This document shows, in pieces, positions 16,905 through 26,677 of a stretch of 48,918 bases of DNA (positions are counted from its first letter, which is position 1; every line of letters starts with the position of its first letter). The notes beneath the pieces were generated by a model. It searched no databases and was not told the DNA's origin. It saw only the letters and a list, made by a program, of their open reading frames with translations. Position numbers and translations under genes: made by a program. Source of the DNA: Verrucomicrobiota bacterium (GTDB taxonomy: Bacteria; Verrucomicrobiota; Verrucomicrobiia; Limisphaerales; CANJXF01); assembly GCA_038214755.1 (NCBI GenBank), contig JBBQRQ010000030.1, forward strand, positions 1 to 48,918. Direction: 5' to 3'.

Positions 16905-18839
16905 TCAATTCACTCGGGGAAAAAACCACAGTCGAGGCAACGCGACGTTCGCTATCCAATTCGCTACGGCTTCATCTTCCACTCGTTCTGTTTCATGGCG
17001 AAAGAGCTTTGCCCTTTTGAGCGTGGAATAAACTTTACCCAAAGTGTCGGTCGAAAAATTCTCTTTCATGTTGTTCAGAAAAATCGGATGGGGCGCGGCC
17101 AAACCTGCCACGCCTTCAAATGCGCCGAGCTTTCGCAAACCGGGAATAAACAAATCCGCCTTCAACAAATCGGCGTCCGAAGAAATATCCAATTGATCAC
17201 AATCCGCGATCGTTCCATCCGCAGCCGGCGCGGCCAGCAGTGCCCACAAACCCGCGCGGCCTCTGCCGCAGAGAATTACTTTCTCGCCGGACTCTTTCGC
17301 CCACTGGCAGGCACTGACCAAATCGCGGACGCGTTCCTGCGCGAATGTCCGGTTGTAAGTCGTGAAAAAAAGATCGGCTTGATTTTGTTTCACTTCGGAA
17401 ACATCGGGAAAATCCAAAACCAACACTTTGAAATTTCGTTCAACTAAAAGTTTCGCCAGGCCGCGCGGATTTTTGTTTTTGTCGATGAAGGCTGAGTTTC
17501 CTCGCGCATCCGCCAGCACGACGATGCCGCGCGACCGGGAATTTTTTGGAGCGAACTTGATTTCCCATTCGCGCTTCTCCAAATCGCCGAGTTGCATCGT
17601 GTGCTTCCACAGCGGCGTCATGAGGTCTTTGTATTTAGCAACGGATTTTCTGCTTTTCGGATTAAGCGCCTGCAACTGCGCGGCGTCTTTCGCGATGAAC
17701 GAATTAATCAATTCTTCCTCGCTCACCGCATCCCTCGGTAATTTTTCAGCGGGAAAAACGCGCAGGTCTTCATCCCGCTCTTTTGTATAGGCCACCTCTT
17801 TCTCGGCGGGCGAGCGGGGATGCAACACATCGCCAAAGAAATCATAAACCGCCTCGCGACTGGTTTGGTTGTAATTGTGCGGAAAATCAAAAATGGCATA
17901 ACGCAATTTGTTGCTCGCGCGGAACAAACGATAAGTACTTTCCACCGCCGGACCTTCCACCGTCGTCATGCTTTTGGTCCAGTCCCCCGTCGCGCCAATC
18001 ATGATTTGCGGACGCGGCGCGGCTGCGGCGGCAATCTCCATGTTGGAATATTCAAGGCGAAGTCCGGGCGCATTTTCGCAGGAGCAACCGCCTTGCATCG
18101 AATGTGAAACCATCACCACCGGCGCTTGCGCAGCGAGGCGTTTATCAATCGCGCCGAGAATAAAAGTCTGCGTGCCGCCACCCGATTCTCCCGTGCATGC
18201 GAGCCGCGATTTGTCCACGCCAGGAAGCGACTCCAAAAAATCCAGCGCGCGAATGCTGTTCCAGGTTTGCAATCCCATCAGATTGATGTTCCAAAGGAGA
18301 TTCGTTTCGTTGGTGGCAAAACTGCGATGACGTTTGTAAAAAGTTTTCGTTGTCACATTCGTTTCGCCATCGGGAAAAAATGTGTCGTTGTAGCCAACCA
18401 TGTCGTAGGAAAAAGCGATCATTCCTTGCCTGGCAAAATTGATGCAGCGCGCTGCGATGCTCCCCGTTTCTATGTCCGCCATGCGTCCATTTTCCCAGTG
18501 GCCGTGCGGATTTAAGATGGCGGGAAATTTCCCTCGGCCAATCGGCCGATACAAATTTCCGGCGACGTAAAATCCCGGATAACTTTGAAAATAAACTTTC
18601 TCAACGCTATAACCGTCGCGAAGAACTTTCCCAAAGACGCGCGCGTGGAGGGGAGTTTTTTTCGGCGCTGGCCAAAGTCCGCAACTCACGAGAATCTGCT
18701 CACGAATTTCTTTCGCGCGCTTTTGCCACTCCGCTTTCGATTCAATTTTGGGAAACGTGCGCGGCGTATTCAGGTCTTGAATGGCAAATAAGTTTTGTGC
18801 GACGAAAAAAACAAGCGCTGCGAAAAAAAGTTTGTTCAT
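16905..18839 (-). CDS. Exported alpha/beta hydrolase (acetylxylan esterase/dienelactone hydrolase-like)
   Basis: Signal peptide MNKLFFAALVFFVAQNLFA, PHGHW, YDMVGY, nucleophile elbow GESGGGTQT and PHNYN. Confidence 0.85.
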   Translation of the reverse strand: MNKLFFAALVFFVAQNLFAIQDLNTPRTFPKIESKAEWQKRAKEIREQILVSCGLWPAPKKTPLHARVFGKVLRDGYSVEKVYFQSYPGFYVAGNLYRPIGRGKFPAILNPHGHWENGRMADIETGSIAARCINFARQGMIAFSYDMVGYNDTFFPDGETNVTTKTFYKRHRSFATNETNLLWNINLMGLQTWNSIRALDFLESLPGVDKSRLACTGESGGGTQTFILGAIDKRLAAQAPVVMVSHSMQGGCSCENAPGLRLEYSNMEIAAAAAPRPQIMIGATGDWTKSMTTVEGPAVESTYRLFRASNKLRYAIFDFPHNYNQTSREAVYDFFGDVLHPRSPAEKEVAYTKERDEDLRVFPAEKLPRDAVSEEELINSFIAKDAAQLQALNPKSRKSVAKYKDLMTPLWKHTMQLGDLEKREWEIKFAPKNSRSRGIVVLADARGNSAFIDKNKNPRGLAKLLVERNFKVLVLDFPDVSEVKQNQADLFFTTYNRTFAQERVRDLVSACQWAKESGEKVILCGRGRAGLWALLAAPAADGTIADCDQLDISSDADLLKADLFIPGLRKLGAFEGVAGLAAPHPIFLNNMKENFSTDTLGKVYSTLKRAKLFRHETERVEDEAVANWIANVALPRLWFFPRVN

Positions 18840-18899
18840 CGGTGGGAAACAATGAAGGACTGATAAAATTTGCAAAGCGTTTTAAATCGTTGCCACCGT

Positions 18900-18973
18900 C
18901 AGTGGCCGACGACGTCAGGAGGCGGAAACGCGCGCGCCAGACGAAGTCCGCCTCCTCACGTCGGCGGCGACTG
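18900..18973. repeat. REPIN-like inverted doublet related to the element at 3952-4020
   Basis: CAGTGGCCGACGACGTCAGGAGGCGGA ... TCCGCCTCCTCACGTCGGCGGCGACTG. Confidence 0.8.
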
Positions 18974-19189
18974 GTTCAAAAGTGTGATTTCAAGTGGTCA
19001 AGCCGATTTCCAATCGACCTCGCGTAACCATTCCCAGTTCCGCAACATTCCACGCGACGCAGATCACACGCTGGCCAACACAAAAGGAAATCTGCGCTGC
19101 GAATGCGGTGGACCGCCCATTGAAATCACCTCGGTTGTCCGCCGCTTCCTTGACTTCCCATTTGCCTTGAAGAAAACTCCACGCTCTTT

Positions 19190-20992
19190 ATGGCCGAACC
19201 GAAGACGAACGAGTTGATGGAGAAAATTGTTTCGCTGTGCAAACGGCGCGGATTTATTTTTCAATCATCAGAAATCTACGGCGGCATCAATGGCTTTTGG
19301 GATTACGGGCCGCTCGGCGCGGAACTCAAGCGCAATCTTCGCGATGCCTGGTGGCGTAAAATGATGCGCGAGCGGGAGGATTGCGTTGCCCTCGATGCGT
19401 CCATCATCATGCACCGTTCGGTGTGGAAAGCCTCCGGCCACGAAGATACTTTTGCCGACCCGATGAGCACCTGCAAAAGCTGCAAGAAACTTATTCGGTC
19501 CGATCAATGGTGGTCGCTCATGTGCGAACAGCCATGGACGCAATCACTCGCGGCTTTAGTCGCTCCTGGAACAAACGAATTTCACACCGGCGATTTGCTG
19601 AAATGGGCGAAAAGCAAAGGCAAACAACTGGCTCCCAACCTGGCCCTGGTAAAAAATCCTGAAGTCACTATTTCATGGCTGGTGCAGGAAGCGGAAAAAG
19701 GCAACCGGCCCAAAGATGCTCGCGAACTTTACCTTTACCTCGCCTCAGAACAATTGGGCGCGACCGGCTTTATTACGCCGTGTCCGCATTGCGGCGGTGA
19801 ACTGACTGAGCCGCGACAGTTCAATTTAATGTTGAAGACAAACTACGGGCCGATTGCGTCGGAAGAAAATCTCGCCTACCTCCGCCCCGAAACCGCGCAG
19901 GCCATTTTTGTCCAATTCAAAAATGTTTTCGATTCGTCTCGCGTGAAAATTCCATTCGGCATCGGCCAAATTGGCAAAGCATTTCGCAACGAAATCACTC
20001 CGCGCAATTTTACTTTTCGTTCGCGCGAATTTGAGCAGATGGAATTGGAATTTTTTATCCCGCCCGACGAAGCCATTCGACTCATGCACGGCTCGGTCGC
20101 GCCGTGGAGCGAGGGCGCCGACTTATCCGCGCCGCAACCGAATTGGGGCTGGGAAATGTGGCATCGCTACTGGGTCGCGCAACGAACGGAATTTTACCAT
20201 GACATCGGTTTGGGCACTGACGTGTTGGATTATCATTGGCAGAAGAAAGAGGAACTCGCGCACTACGCCAAAGCCACGGTGGACATTCTATTTAAATTCC
20301 CGTTCGGCACGGAAGAGTTGGAAGGCATCGCCGCGCGCGGAGATTTTGATCTGACGCAGCATCAAAAACATTCCGGCAAATCGCTCGAAATTTTTGACGA
20401 AGAATTGCGCAATGCCGCCGGGAAATTGAGCGAAGAGCAAAAACGGGATTTCATCGCTGAAGTTGAGGAGGATTGGAATGACCACAACAAATCCCGCGAG
20501 GAAGCCAGAGCCTTTTGCGAAAAACTTTTGCGAGGAGTTTACCTGCCGCACGTGATCGAACCGTCCGCCGGACTGGATCGCCTTGCCCTCGCGGTGATCT
20601 GTGCCGCGCATCACGAAGAACAAAAAACCGATGTGAACGGCAAGGTGGAACAACGACTCGTGCTGCGTTTCCATCCGCGCACCGCGCCGATCAAACTCGG
20701 TGTCTTTCCATTGCTGAAAAACAAACCGGAAATCGTCGCCAAAGCGCGCGAAGTTTTTAATTCGCTGAAACAACACTTTAATTGTTTTTACGACGAGAGC
20801 GGCGCCATTGGCCGTCGTTACGCACGCCAGGACGAAATCGGCACGCCGTTCGGAGTGACGATTGATTTCGATACGCTCGGAGAAAAACCGGAGTTGCTCG
20901 ACACGGTGACTTTGCGCGAGCGCGACACGATGCAACAGACCCGCGTGAAAATTTCGGAGTTGTTGCCGATGCTTTTGGGGAAGGTTCGCTAA
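19190..20992 (+). CDS. glyQS: Glycine--tRNA ligase, alpha2 (eukaryote-like) type
   Basis: Motifs KRRGF, WDYGPLG, YLRPETAQ, FRNEITP, REFEQMELEFF, VIEPSAGLDR and IGRRYARQDEIGTP. Confidence 0.96.
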   Translation: MAEPKTNELMEKIVSLCKRRGFIFQSSEIYGGINGFWDYGPLGAELKRNLRDAWWRKMMREREDCVALDASIIMHRSVWKASGHEDTFADPMSTCKSCKKLIRSDQWWSLMCEQPWTQSLAALVAPGTNEFHTGDLLKWAKSKGKQLAPNLALVKNPEVTISWLVQEAEKGNRPKDARELYLYLASEQLGATGFITPCPHCGGELTEPRQFNLMLKTNYGPIASEENLAYLRPETAQAIFVQFKNVFDSSRVKIPFGIGQIGKAFRNEITPRNFTFRSREFEQMELEFFIPPDEAIRLMHGSVAPWSEGADLSAPQPNWGWEMWHRYWVAQRTEFYHDIGLGTDVLDYHWQKKEELAHYAKATVDILFKFPFGTEELEGIAARGDFDLTQHQKHSGKSLEIFDEELRNAAGKLSEEQKRDFIAEVEEDWNDHNKSREEARAFCEKLLRGVYLPHVIEPSAGLDRLALAVICAAHHEEQKTDVNGKVEQRLVLRFHPRTAPIKLGVFPLLKNKPEIVAKAREVFNSLKQHFNCFYDESGAIGRRYARQDEIGTPFGVTIDFDTLGEKPELLDTVTLRERDTMQQTRVKISELLPMLLGKVR

Positions 20993-21463
20993 ATGGCGGA
21001 AGTTAAAAAACAAAAGGCCCCGACGCTTTACGTCATCATCGCGATCAAGTTGGTCAAGGGCATTTTGCTGCTGCTGCTCGCGCTGGGAGTTTACAGTTTG
21101 AGCGACAACAATTTGCCGGAAGAATTTCGCAGACTGCTCGCCTCACTCCATCTTGATCCCGAAAAAAAGTTTTTCACGCAAGTCGCGAACAAGTTGACGA
21201 GCGTCACTCCATCCAATCTGATTTGGGTGGCATCCGGGACTTTTCTCTACAGTTTGTTTTCGCTGATCGAAGGCGTCGGTTTGATCTTTCGCGTGGGCTG
21301 GGCGGGATGGCTGGCGATTGGGGAATCGGCTTTTTTCATACCGATTGAAATGTATGAATTGATGAAGAGTTTTTCGCCAACAGTGTTCGTCATTTTGCTC
21401 ATCAATATTTTTATAGTTTGGTATTTGTTCAGAAATCGCGCGCGGCTTTTTCACCATCACTAA
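20993..21463 (+). CDS. DUF2127-like membrane protein
   Basis: IIAIKLVKG, YSLFSLIEGVGL, FIPIEMYEL and INIFIVWYL, with several hydrophobic segments. Confidence 0.8.
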   Translation: MAEVKKQKAPTLYVIIAIKLVKGILLLLLALGVYSLSDNNLPEEFRRLLASLHLDPEKKFFTQVANKLTSVTPSNLIWVASGTFLYSLFSLIEGVGLIFRVGWAGWLAIGESAFFIPIEMYELMKSFSPTVFVILLINIFIVWYLFRNRARLFHHH

Positions 21464-21483
21464 ACTGCTGGAACAAAAAAAAC

Positions 21484-22296
21484 ATGGCGCCACCCGTCAG
21501 GTCAGCAATTCGAAAAACCATCGCGCAAGTGTTGCTCGTTCACTTGGGGTTTCACGCTTTTTGGATGCTTCTTTATTGCGTAATGCTTTTGGGGGTGTTC
21601 GTTTTGATCCCGCTCGTCGGCTGGTACAACGCCTTCGTGCTCGGGTTCCTCGGCAAAAGTGTGCTGGCTTCAGCAACTGGAGCGGCAGTGCTGGGCTTCG
21701 CAGTTTTTGGGGTGACGGGTCTTCTTTCCGGTTGGGTCATCTCGCTCTTTCGTCCGAAGTTGGTCTGGATACCGGCGCTCTTTTCCCTCTTCGTTACGGG
21801 AGTGGTTCTCGTCAGCGCAACCTGGATGCGTTACAAATATATTGGCGTCGCCGGCCTCGAGACGATTTTGTCTTTTCCCGCCAGAACGGGGAGGGCAGAT
21901 ACAGACAAACTTACTTGGGCGATAAAAGCTGAGAGCATGGAAGACCTGCCTCCGTCGTTGGCTGGAAAAGATGTGTTGATTCCATTCTCAGAACTTCAGC
22001 CATTACTTCGACTCTTGCCGAAGGATTTTCAGTTGGAAGGCGGTCCCTATGTTTATTGCAACCTGCCTCCGCGAGTCTGGAGAGGTTTGAAGAAAGATGC
22101 TGCGAAAAAATACCCGCTTCTCTGGAGCACTCAGCCTGATGCTACCGGCAAGCGATTGGTTGTGTCAGTTGATTTGAAGACTGATCAGTTCAGCGATGAA
22201 CTCGTAAGCGAGGAAGCCTTGGCTCAGATGCTCAACTCCCTCGAAAACGAAGCCCATAAAGTCACTGGCGGCATGAGCCTGAATCTTCGGAAATGA
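21484..22296 (+). CDS. Hypothetical membrane protein
   Basis: Long ORF with 3-4 N-terminal hydrophobic segments and a soluble C-terminal half. Confidence 0.7.
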   Translation: MAPPVRSAIRKTIAQVLLVHLGFHAFWMLLYCVMLLGVFVLIPLVGWYNAFVLGFLGKSVLASATGAAVLGFAVFGVTGLLSGWVISLFRPKLVWIPALFSLFVTGVVLVSATWMRYKYIGVAGLETILSFPARTGRADTDKLTWAIKAESMEDLPPSLAGKDVLIPFSELQPLLRLLPKDFQLEGGPYVYCNLPPRVWRGLKKDAAKKYPLLWSTQPDATGKRLVVSVDLKTDQFSDELVSEEALAQMLNSLENEAHKVTGGMSLNLRK

Positions 22297-22547
22297 AGCA
22301 GTGCGGTTAAAACCGGTGATCTCGTTGTCAGTCCGTTGCCCGGCTATGCGATGGATCATTCTGGAAAATCTGGTGGCTTGCCGGCCGATTTTCCGAGCGT
22401 AATCCAATTCTATTTTTTCGAGGCAGCGGAGTAAAAAAAGGCGCGATAGTTGAACGAGCGCAGAACATAGATGTGGTTCCCGCCTTGCTATCCCTGGTTC
22501 ACGTCATGCCTGCAGCGACGGTTGATGGGCGTGTGATTCAGGAAGTT

Positions 22548-22575
22548 CTTGAACTTTAAACCTTGAACCTTGAAC
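22548..22575. repeat. Short heptamer tandem repeat (CTTGAAC)x4
   Basis: CTTGAAC-TTTAAAC-CTTGAAC-CTTGAAC. Confidence 0.6.
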
Positions 22576-22609
22576 ACGGACTGAGGTAAATACTCCGGCC
22601 TGATCCTTT

Positions 22610-23428
22610 ATGACCCCTTTACTTTACATGCCAGCGAGCAAACAGATTAGTATGCGCTGTCCGCGCTCCGATGGGGGCGTTCTGGGCTTCACGCTGATCG
22701 AGCTTCTCGTGGTGATCGCCATCATTGCCATTCTGGCGGCGCTGCTTCTGCCGGCGTTATCGCGCGCCAAGGCAAGCGCCCAAGCCATCAAGTGCAAAAG
22801 CAACCTTCGACAACTCGGGCTTGGACTCGGCATGTACACCGCAGATTTCCGCAAATATCCATACCATTCTGGGAACTCGGGCGATTTTTGGAACGATAAT
22901 GTTTTACTTTGGGCCAATTACCTCCAACCCTACACTTCAGCCCGTTTCACGAATGAGCTTTATCACTGCCCAACTTACAAACGCGCCTCCTTCCAGGTCG
23001 GAGGTTCTGGCAATGGCAGCTACGCCTATAGTTCCACCGCCGGGGATCCGCGTTCTACACGGACTCTGTTCCTTGGCCAGTACTTTGATCTTATTGCCAT
23101 CAAAAGCGCCACTCCCGAAAGCGCTGTTAAAAAACCGAGCGACATGTACGCGATTGCGGACGCGCGACTGGTGAATAACAAGGACCCTTACACTCTTCCA
23201 GAGCCGTATGGATTAAGCTGGTTCGAGAACCAACGCTATACGGCCTTCTTGGTCGTCGAGTTCACGACCGATCAACACCCGGGTGGCCGAAACATTGTTT
23301 TCTGCGACGGGCACATCGAGACAATCAAACGCGCGAGACTTTTTGAGCGCTCCGCCTATTGGTCCAGACGTTGGTACCTCGATAATGAGCCTCACCCAGA
23401 AGTCTGGCCGCTTTACCCGTCAAATTGA
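22610..23428 (+). CDS. Prepilin-type N-methylation protein with H-X9-DG motif (DUF1559-like)
   Basis: [34 protein letters not shown] and [13 protein letters not shown]. The start could also be 22628 or 22652. Confidence 0.9.
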   Translation: MTPLLYMPASKQISMRCPRSDGGVLGFTLIELLVVIAIIAILAALLLPALSRAKASAQAIKCKSNLRQLGLGLGMYTADFRKYPYHSGNSGDFWNDNVLLWANYLQPYTSARFTNELYHCPTYKRASFQVGGSGNGSYAYSSTAGDPRSTRTLFLGQYFDLIAIKSATPESAVKKPSDMYAIADARLVNNKDPYTLPEPYGLSWFENQRYTAFLVVEFTTDQHPGGRNIVFCDGHIETIKRARLFERSAYWSRRWYLDNEPHPEVWPLYPSN

Positions 23429-23559
23429 GCCGCTGACAAGTAAAGGGATAATCCCCACTATTGACACAGTTAGCGGAGTTGTACTGATTGGCAAATGCCC
23501 TCCAAATTGCGTTTGGAATCTTCTTTACTTTCAACCCGCGTTCAGCAAATGTCCCCAGC

Positions 23560-25623
23560 GTGAAATTTTCTCGGCTGTTCCTATTGCTCGCTTGCTTTAC
23601 CTTTGCCGTTCGGGCTTCGGCTACTGAGAGCATTGCCCGTGTGTGGAACGAACAAATCCTTTCTGCTATCCGCATCGATACACCTCATCCTCCTGTTCAT
23701 GCGCGGAACCTTTTCCACTTATCCGTCGTGATGTATGATGCCTGGGCTGCTTACGATAACATTGCGGTCGGTTACATCTATCATGGTAAAGCTGCCGCCG
23801 TGGACGTAGCTGCCGCTCGTCACCAGGCCATCAGTTATGCGGCCTATCGGATGTTGAAGGAACGTTACGCCCTCTCTCGAAACGCTACCAACACTCTGGC
23901 CATATTGGATGCGCAGATGACGTCGCTTGGCTATAATACGAACAACGTATCCATTCACCCTGCTACCCCTGCGGGATTAGGGAACCTCGTGGCCGCTACT
24001 GTCTCGGCCTACTTCATCAACGACGGCGCCCGACAAACCAACTCTTACCAGGACTATCCTTCTAACCAAGGCGGATATACGCCGTTCAACCCACCATTAG
24101 TCACAGGCACGAACGGGACGCTGGTGATTGGTTATGTGTCGAGCATCAATGTCTGGGGTGTGAACCGTTGGCAACCATTGGCTATCACGAATGCGTTGGA
24201 TCAAACGGGTTATCCGGTCGGCGCGGTGCAATCATTTCTCGGTGCGCATTGGATCGGGGTTCGGCCCTTTGCCATGTCCCGCGCGAGCGCATCCCTTCCG
24301 TGGATCGATCCTGGTATCCAGCCGTGCTTCAATCAAATGGGTAACGCGCAGTTCCGGGCGGAGGTGGTGGACTTGATTACCAAAAGTAGCTATATGACTC
24401 CCGACGATGGAGTGATGATGGATATTTCCCCCGGCGCCGTTGGTAATAATACGCTCGGGACAAACGACGGCGCAGGTCATCCGGTCAATCCGGCCACCGG
24501 TCTTCCTTATTCACCCAACGTGGTCAAACGCGGTGACTTCGCCCGCGTCTTATCGGAGTTCTGGGCGGATGGTCCAACTTCTGAAACACCTCCCGGCCAT
24601 TGGAACACCATCGCTAATTATATCGCCGATTATCCCGGCTTCGAAAAACGAATTGGCGGGACTGGGCCGACAGTGGACGATCTGGAGTGGGATGTTAAAG
24701 TCTATTTCGCCATGAATGCCTCGACCCACGACGCGGCCTGCGCAGCCTGGACGCTCAAGCGATACTACGATGGCGGTCGTCCTATCGAATCCATCCGCTA
24801 CATGGCTCAGAACGGACAATCGAGTAGCTCGGGAATGTCGTCGTATAACACCAATGGCCTTCCTCTAATCAACAACCTCATTGAGTTAGTCACCCAGTTC
24901 TCGGCCCAAACCAACCAGCGTCACGCAGGACTGCCCATTGGCTCAATCGCTATTCGCACCTGGCCGGGCGAACCGTCCGATGTCACTAACCAATACAGTG
25001 GTGTCAAGTGGATACGGGGAGATAAATGGTATCCCTATCAAAGAGCCAGTTTTGTTACGCCGGCGTTTCCAGGTCATATATCCGGCCATAGCACGTTCAG
25101 TAGGGCAGCGGCTGAGGTGCTTACCGCGATGACGGGTTCGCCATTTTTCCCGGGAGGTATAGGTACCTATACCGCGCCGTCCAATACCTTTTTGAAGTTT
25201 GAGAGAGGTCCGAGCCAAACGGTGCAAATGCAATGGGCTACTTACTTCGATGCTGCTGACCAGGCTGGACTCTCCCGTTTGTACGGGGGTATTCACCCAT
25301 CGGCGGACGATCTGGCTGGCCGGCGCGCCGGTGCGCAATGTGGAAAAAGCGCCTGGGCTTTGGCCCGGCAATATTTCGATGGGTCGGTGTTGACCAACTC
25401 AGTGAGTCTGTCCATTCGTTCGCTCACCGCGACGCAATGCGAACTTCGTTACAACACGTTGCGAGGCTTTTCCTATAAACTCCAATCCACCGCCAGTCTC
25501 GAACTCCCTTTTACCGATATTTCGAGCACCGTTACTCAGGCAGTCGATACCGCCGTGATACGAATGGATAATCCTCCGAATCCAAACATGTTCTATCGAG
25601 TCGTTCGCAATCTTGTTCCCTAG
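23560..25623 (+). CDS. Exported vanadium-dependent haloperoxidase/PAP2-superfamily protein
   Basis: Signal peptide from the GTG at 23560. Active-site motifs K(RYYDGG)RP, PAFPGHISGHS and SRLYGGIH, plus EFWADGP..ETPPGHW and a C-terminal FYRV domain. Confidence 0.85.
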   Translation: MKFSRLFLLLACFTFAVRASATESIARVWNEQILSAIRIDTPHPPVHARNLFHLSVVMYDAWAAYDNIAVGYIYHGKAAAVDVAAARHQAISYAAYRMLKERYALSRNATNTLAILDAQMTSLGYNTNNVSIHPATPAGLGNLVAATVSAYFINDGARQTNSYQDYPSNQGGYTPFNPPLVTGTNGTLVIGYVSSINVWGVNRWQPLAITNALDQTGYPVGAVQSFLGAHWIGVRPFAMSRASASLPWIDPGIQPCFNQMGNAQFRAEVVDLITKSSYMTPDDGVMMDISPGAVGNNTLGTNDGAGHPVNPATGLPYSPNVVKRGDFARVLSEFWADGPTSETPPGHWNTIANYIADYPGFEKRIGGTGPTVDDLEWDVKVYFAMNASTHDAACAAWTLKRYYDGGRPIESIRYMAQNGQSSSSGMSSYNTNGLPLINNLIELVTQFSAQTNQRHAGLPIGSIAIRTWPGEPSDVTNQYSGVKWIRGDKWYPYQRASFVTPAFPGHISGHSTFSRAAAEVLTAMTGSPFFPGGIGTYTAPSNTFLKFERGPSQTVQMQWATYFDAADQAGLSRLYGGIHPSADDLAGRRAGAQCGKSAWALARQYFDGSVLTNSVSLSIRSLTATQCELRYNTLRGFSYKLQSTASLELPFTDISSTVTQAVDTAVIRMDNPPNPNMFYRVVRNLVP

Positions 25624-25650
25624 AGCGAAAAGATTCCAGGAGAAAGAACC

Positions 25651-25876
25651 TTAAAACCCGAACTCCGAAGTTGGAATGGGTAGCACGGGCGACCCGCCCG
25701 TGCGTCCGGGCACTGGCCGGACGGAAGGGGGAGGAACGCTGGCATTGGAAACAGAGGAACAGAAAAGTTCGGGCGCTTCCCCCCGTTCCGAGCGGCGAGT
25801 CGCCGCCCGGCGCAGGCGGGTCGCCTGTGCTACCCGGAGGCTTCGCCGCCGCTATTTCGGAATTCGGGCTAAAAGT
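25651..25876. repeat. Nested palindromic MITE/REPIN-like element
   Basis: Outer inverted repeat AACCCGAACTCCGAA / TTCGGAATTCGGGCT encloses an inner doublet GGGTAGCACGGGCGACCCGCC (25678) ... GGCGGGTCGCCTGTGCTACCC (25835). Confidence 0.75.
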
Positions 25877-26040
25877 TTTTCAGAATTGTGTTGACTCCTC
25901 ATCGGGAATTTCAGAGAAATTAGCCTCGATAAAACCCTGATTCATTTCTAGGCGAAAGAATAATTGGTTATCCGGGGGGGCGAACCGGTGGTGGATGGGG
26001 CCAGGCATGAAGTAAAAAGTGGATATGGTGGAATTGGGTA

Positions 26041-26676
26041 ATGATGGAAGTTATGAGTGACGAAACATCTTTGAATGAATCGGGCGGGAGATCCCGGTTT
26101 ATTTTTTTACCTGTCACTGTGCGCTGTCTCCAAACAATTTTGTTGGCCGGGTTGATGTGGGTGCTCCTGTTTCTTGTCGCTCCAAAAGTATCGGCGCAGG
26201 GCACCCTTCGTTATGACTTGATTGATTTGGTGGATACAACACCGGGGCAGGACTTGTGGGAGTACAGTTATTTCCTTAGCGGGTTTACCTTTCAGACCAA
26301 CGAGGGCTTCAGCATTTTCTTTGATTATCAGACTTACGCCAACCTGACCAATGCGCGTCCGAGTTTAAACCCTTCCTGGAACATGCTGGCGGTGCAGCCT
26401 GACGTAGCTCTACGAGCGGACGGATTTTTAGATGGGCTGGCTCTGGTGAATTCCCCTTCCTATATGGGGCCGTTCCGGGTGACGGTTACCTGGAAAGGGC
26501 AGGGAACTCCCGGCACGCAATCCTTCTATACCTACAACTCTAATTTTACTCCGACCTTCACAGGCCAGACGACCTCGGTGCCGGAAGCGCGAAGTATTTT
26601 ATTGATGGGTCTTGGGTTCCTTTTCCTGGTGGGAAGGAGAGCCTTGGGCTTACGAAAGAATCGACCCTCAAGCTAG
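26041..26676 (+). CDS. PEP-CTERM sorting-domain protein
   Basis: Signal peptide ending VSA-QG, and C-terminal VPEARSILLMGLGFLFLVGRRALGLRK. Start is uncertain. Confidence 0.85.
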   Translation: MMEVMSDETSLNESGGRSRFIFLPVTVRCLQTILLAGLMWVLLFLVAPKVSAQGTLRYDLIDLVDTTPGQDLWEYSYFLSGFTFQTNEGFSIFFDYQTYANLTNARPSLNPSWNMLAVQPDVALRADGFLDGLALVNSPSYMGPFRVTVTWKGQGTPGTQSFYTYNSNFTPTFTGQTTSVPEARSILLMGLGFLFLVGRRALGLRKNRPSS

Positions 26677-26677
26677 C

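Noticed and set aside
18975..19189. T-box or riboswitch upstream of glyQS
   Set aside because: No T-box consensus or terminator/antiterminator could be identified.
25671..25940. Short ORFs 25671..25940 and 25676..25894
   Set aside because: They are translations of the palindromic element.
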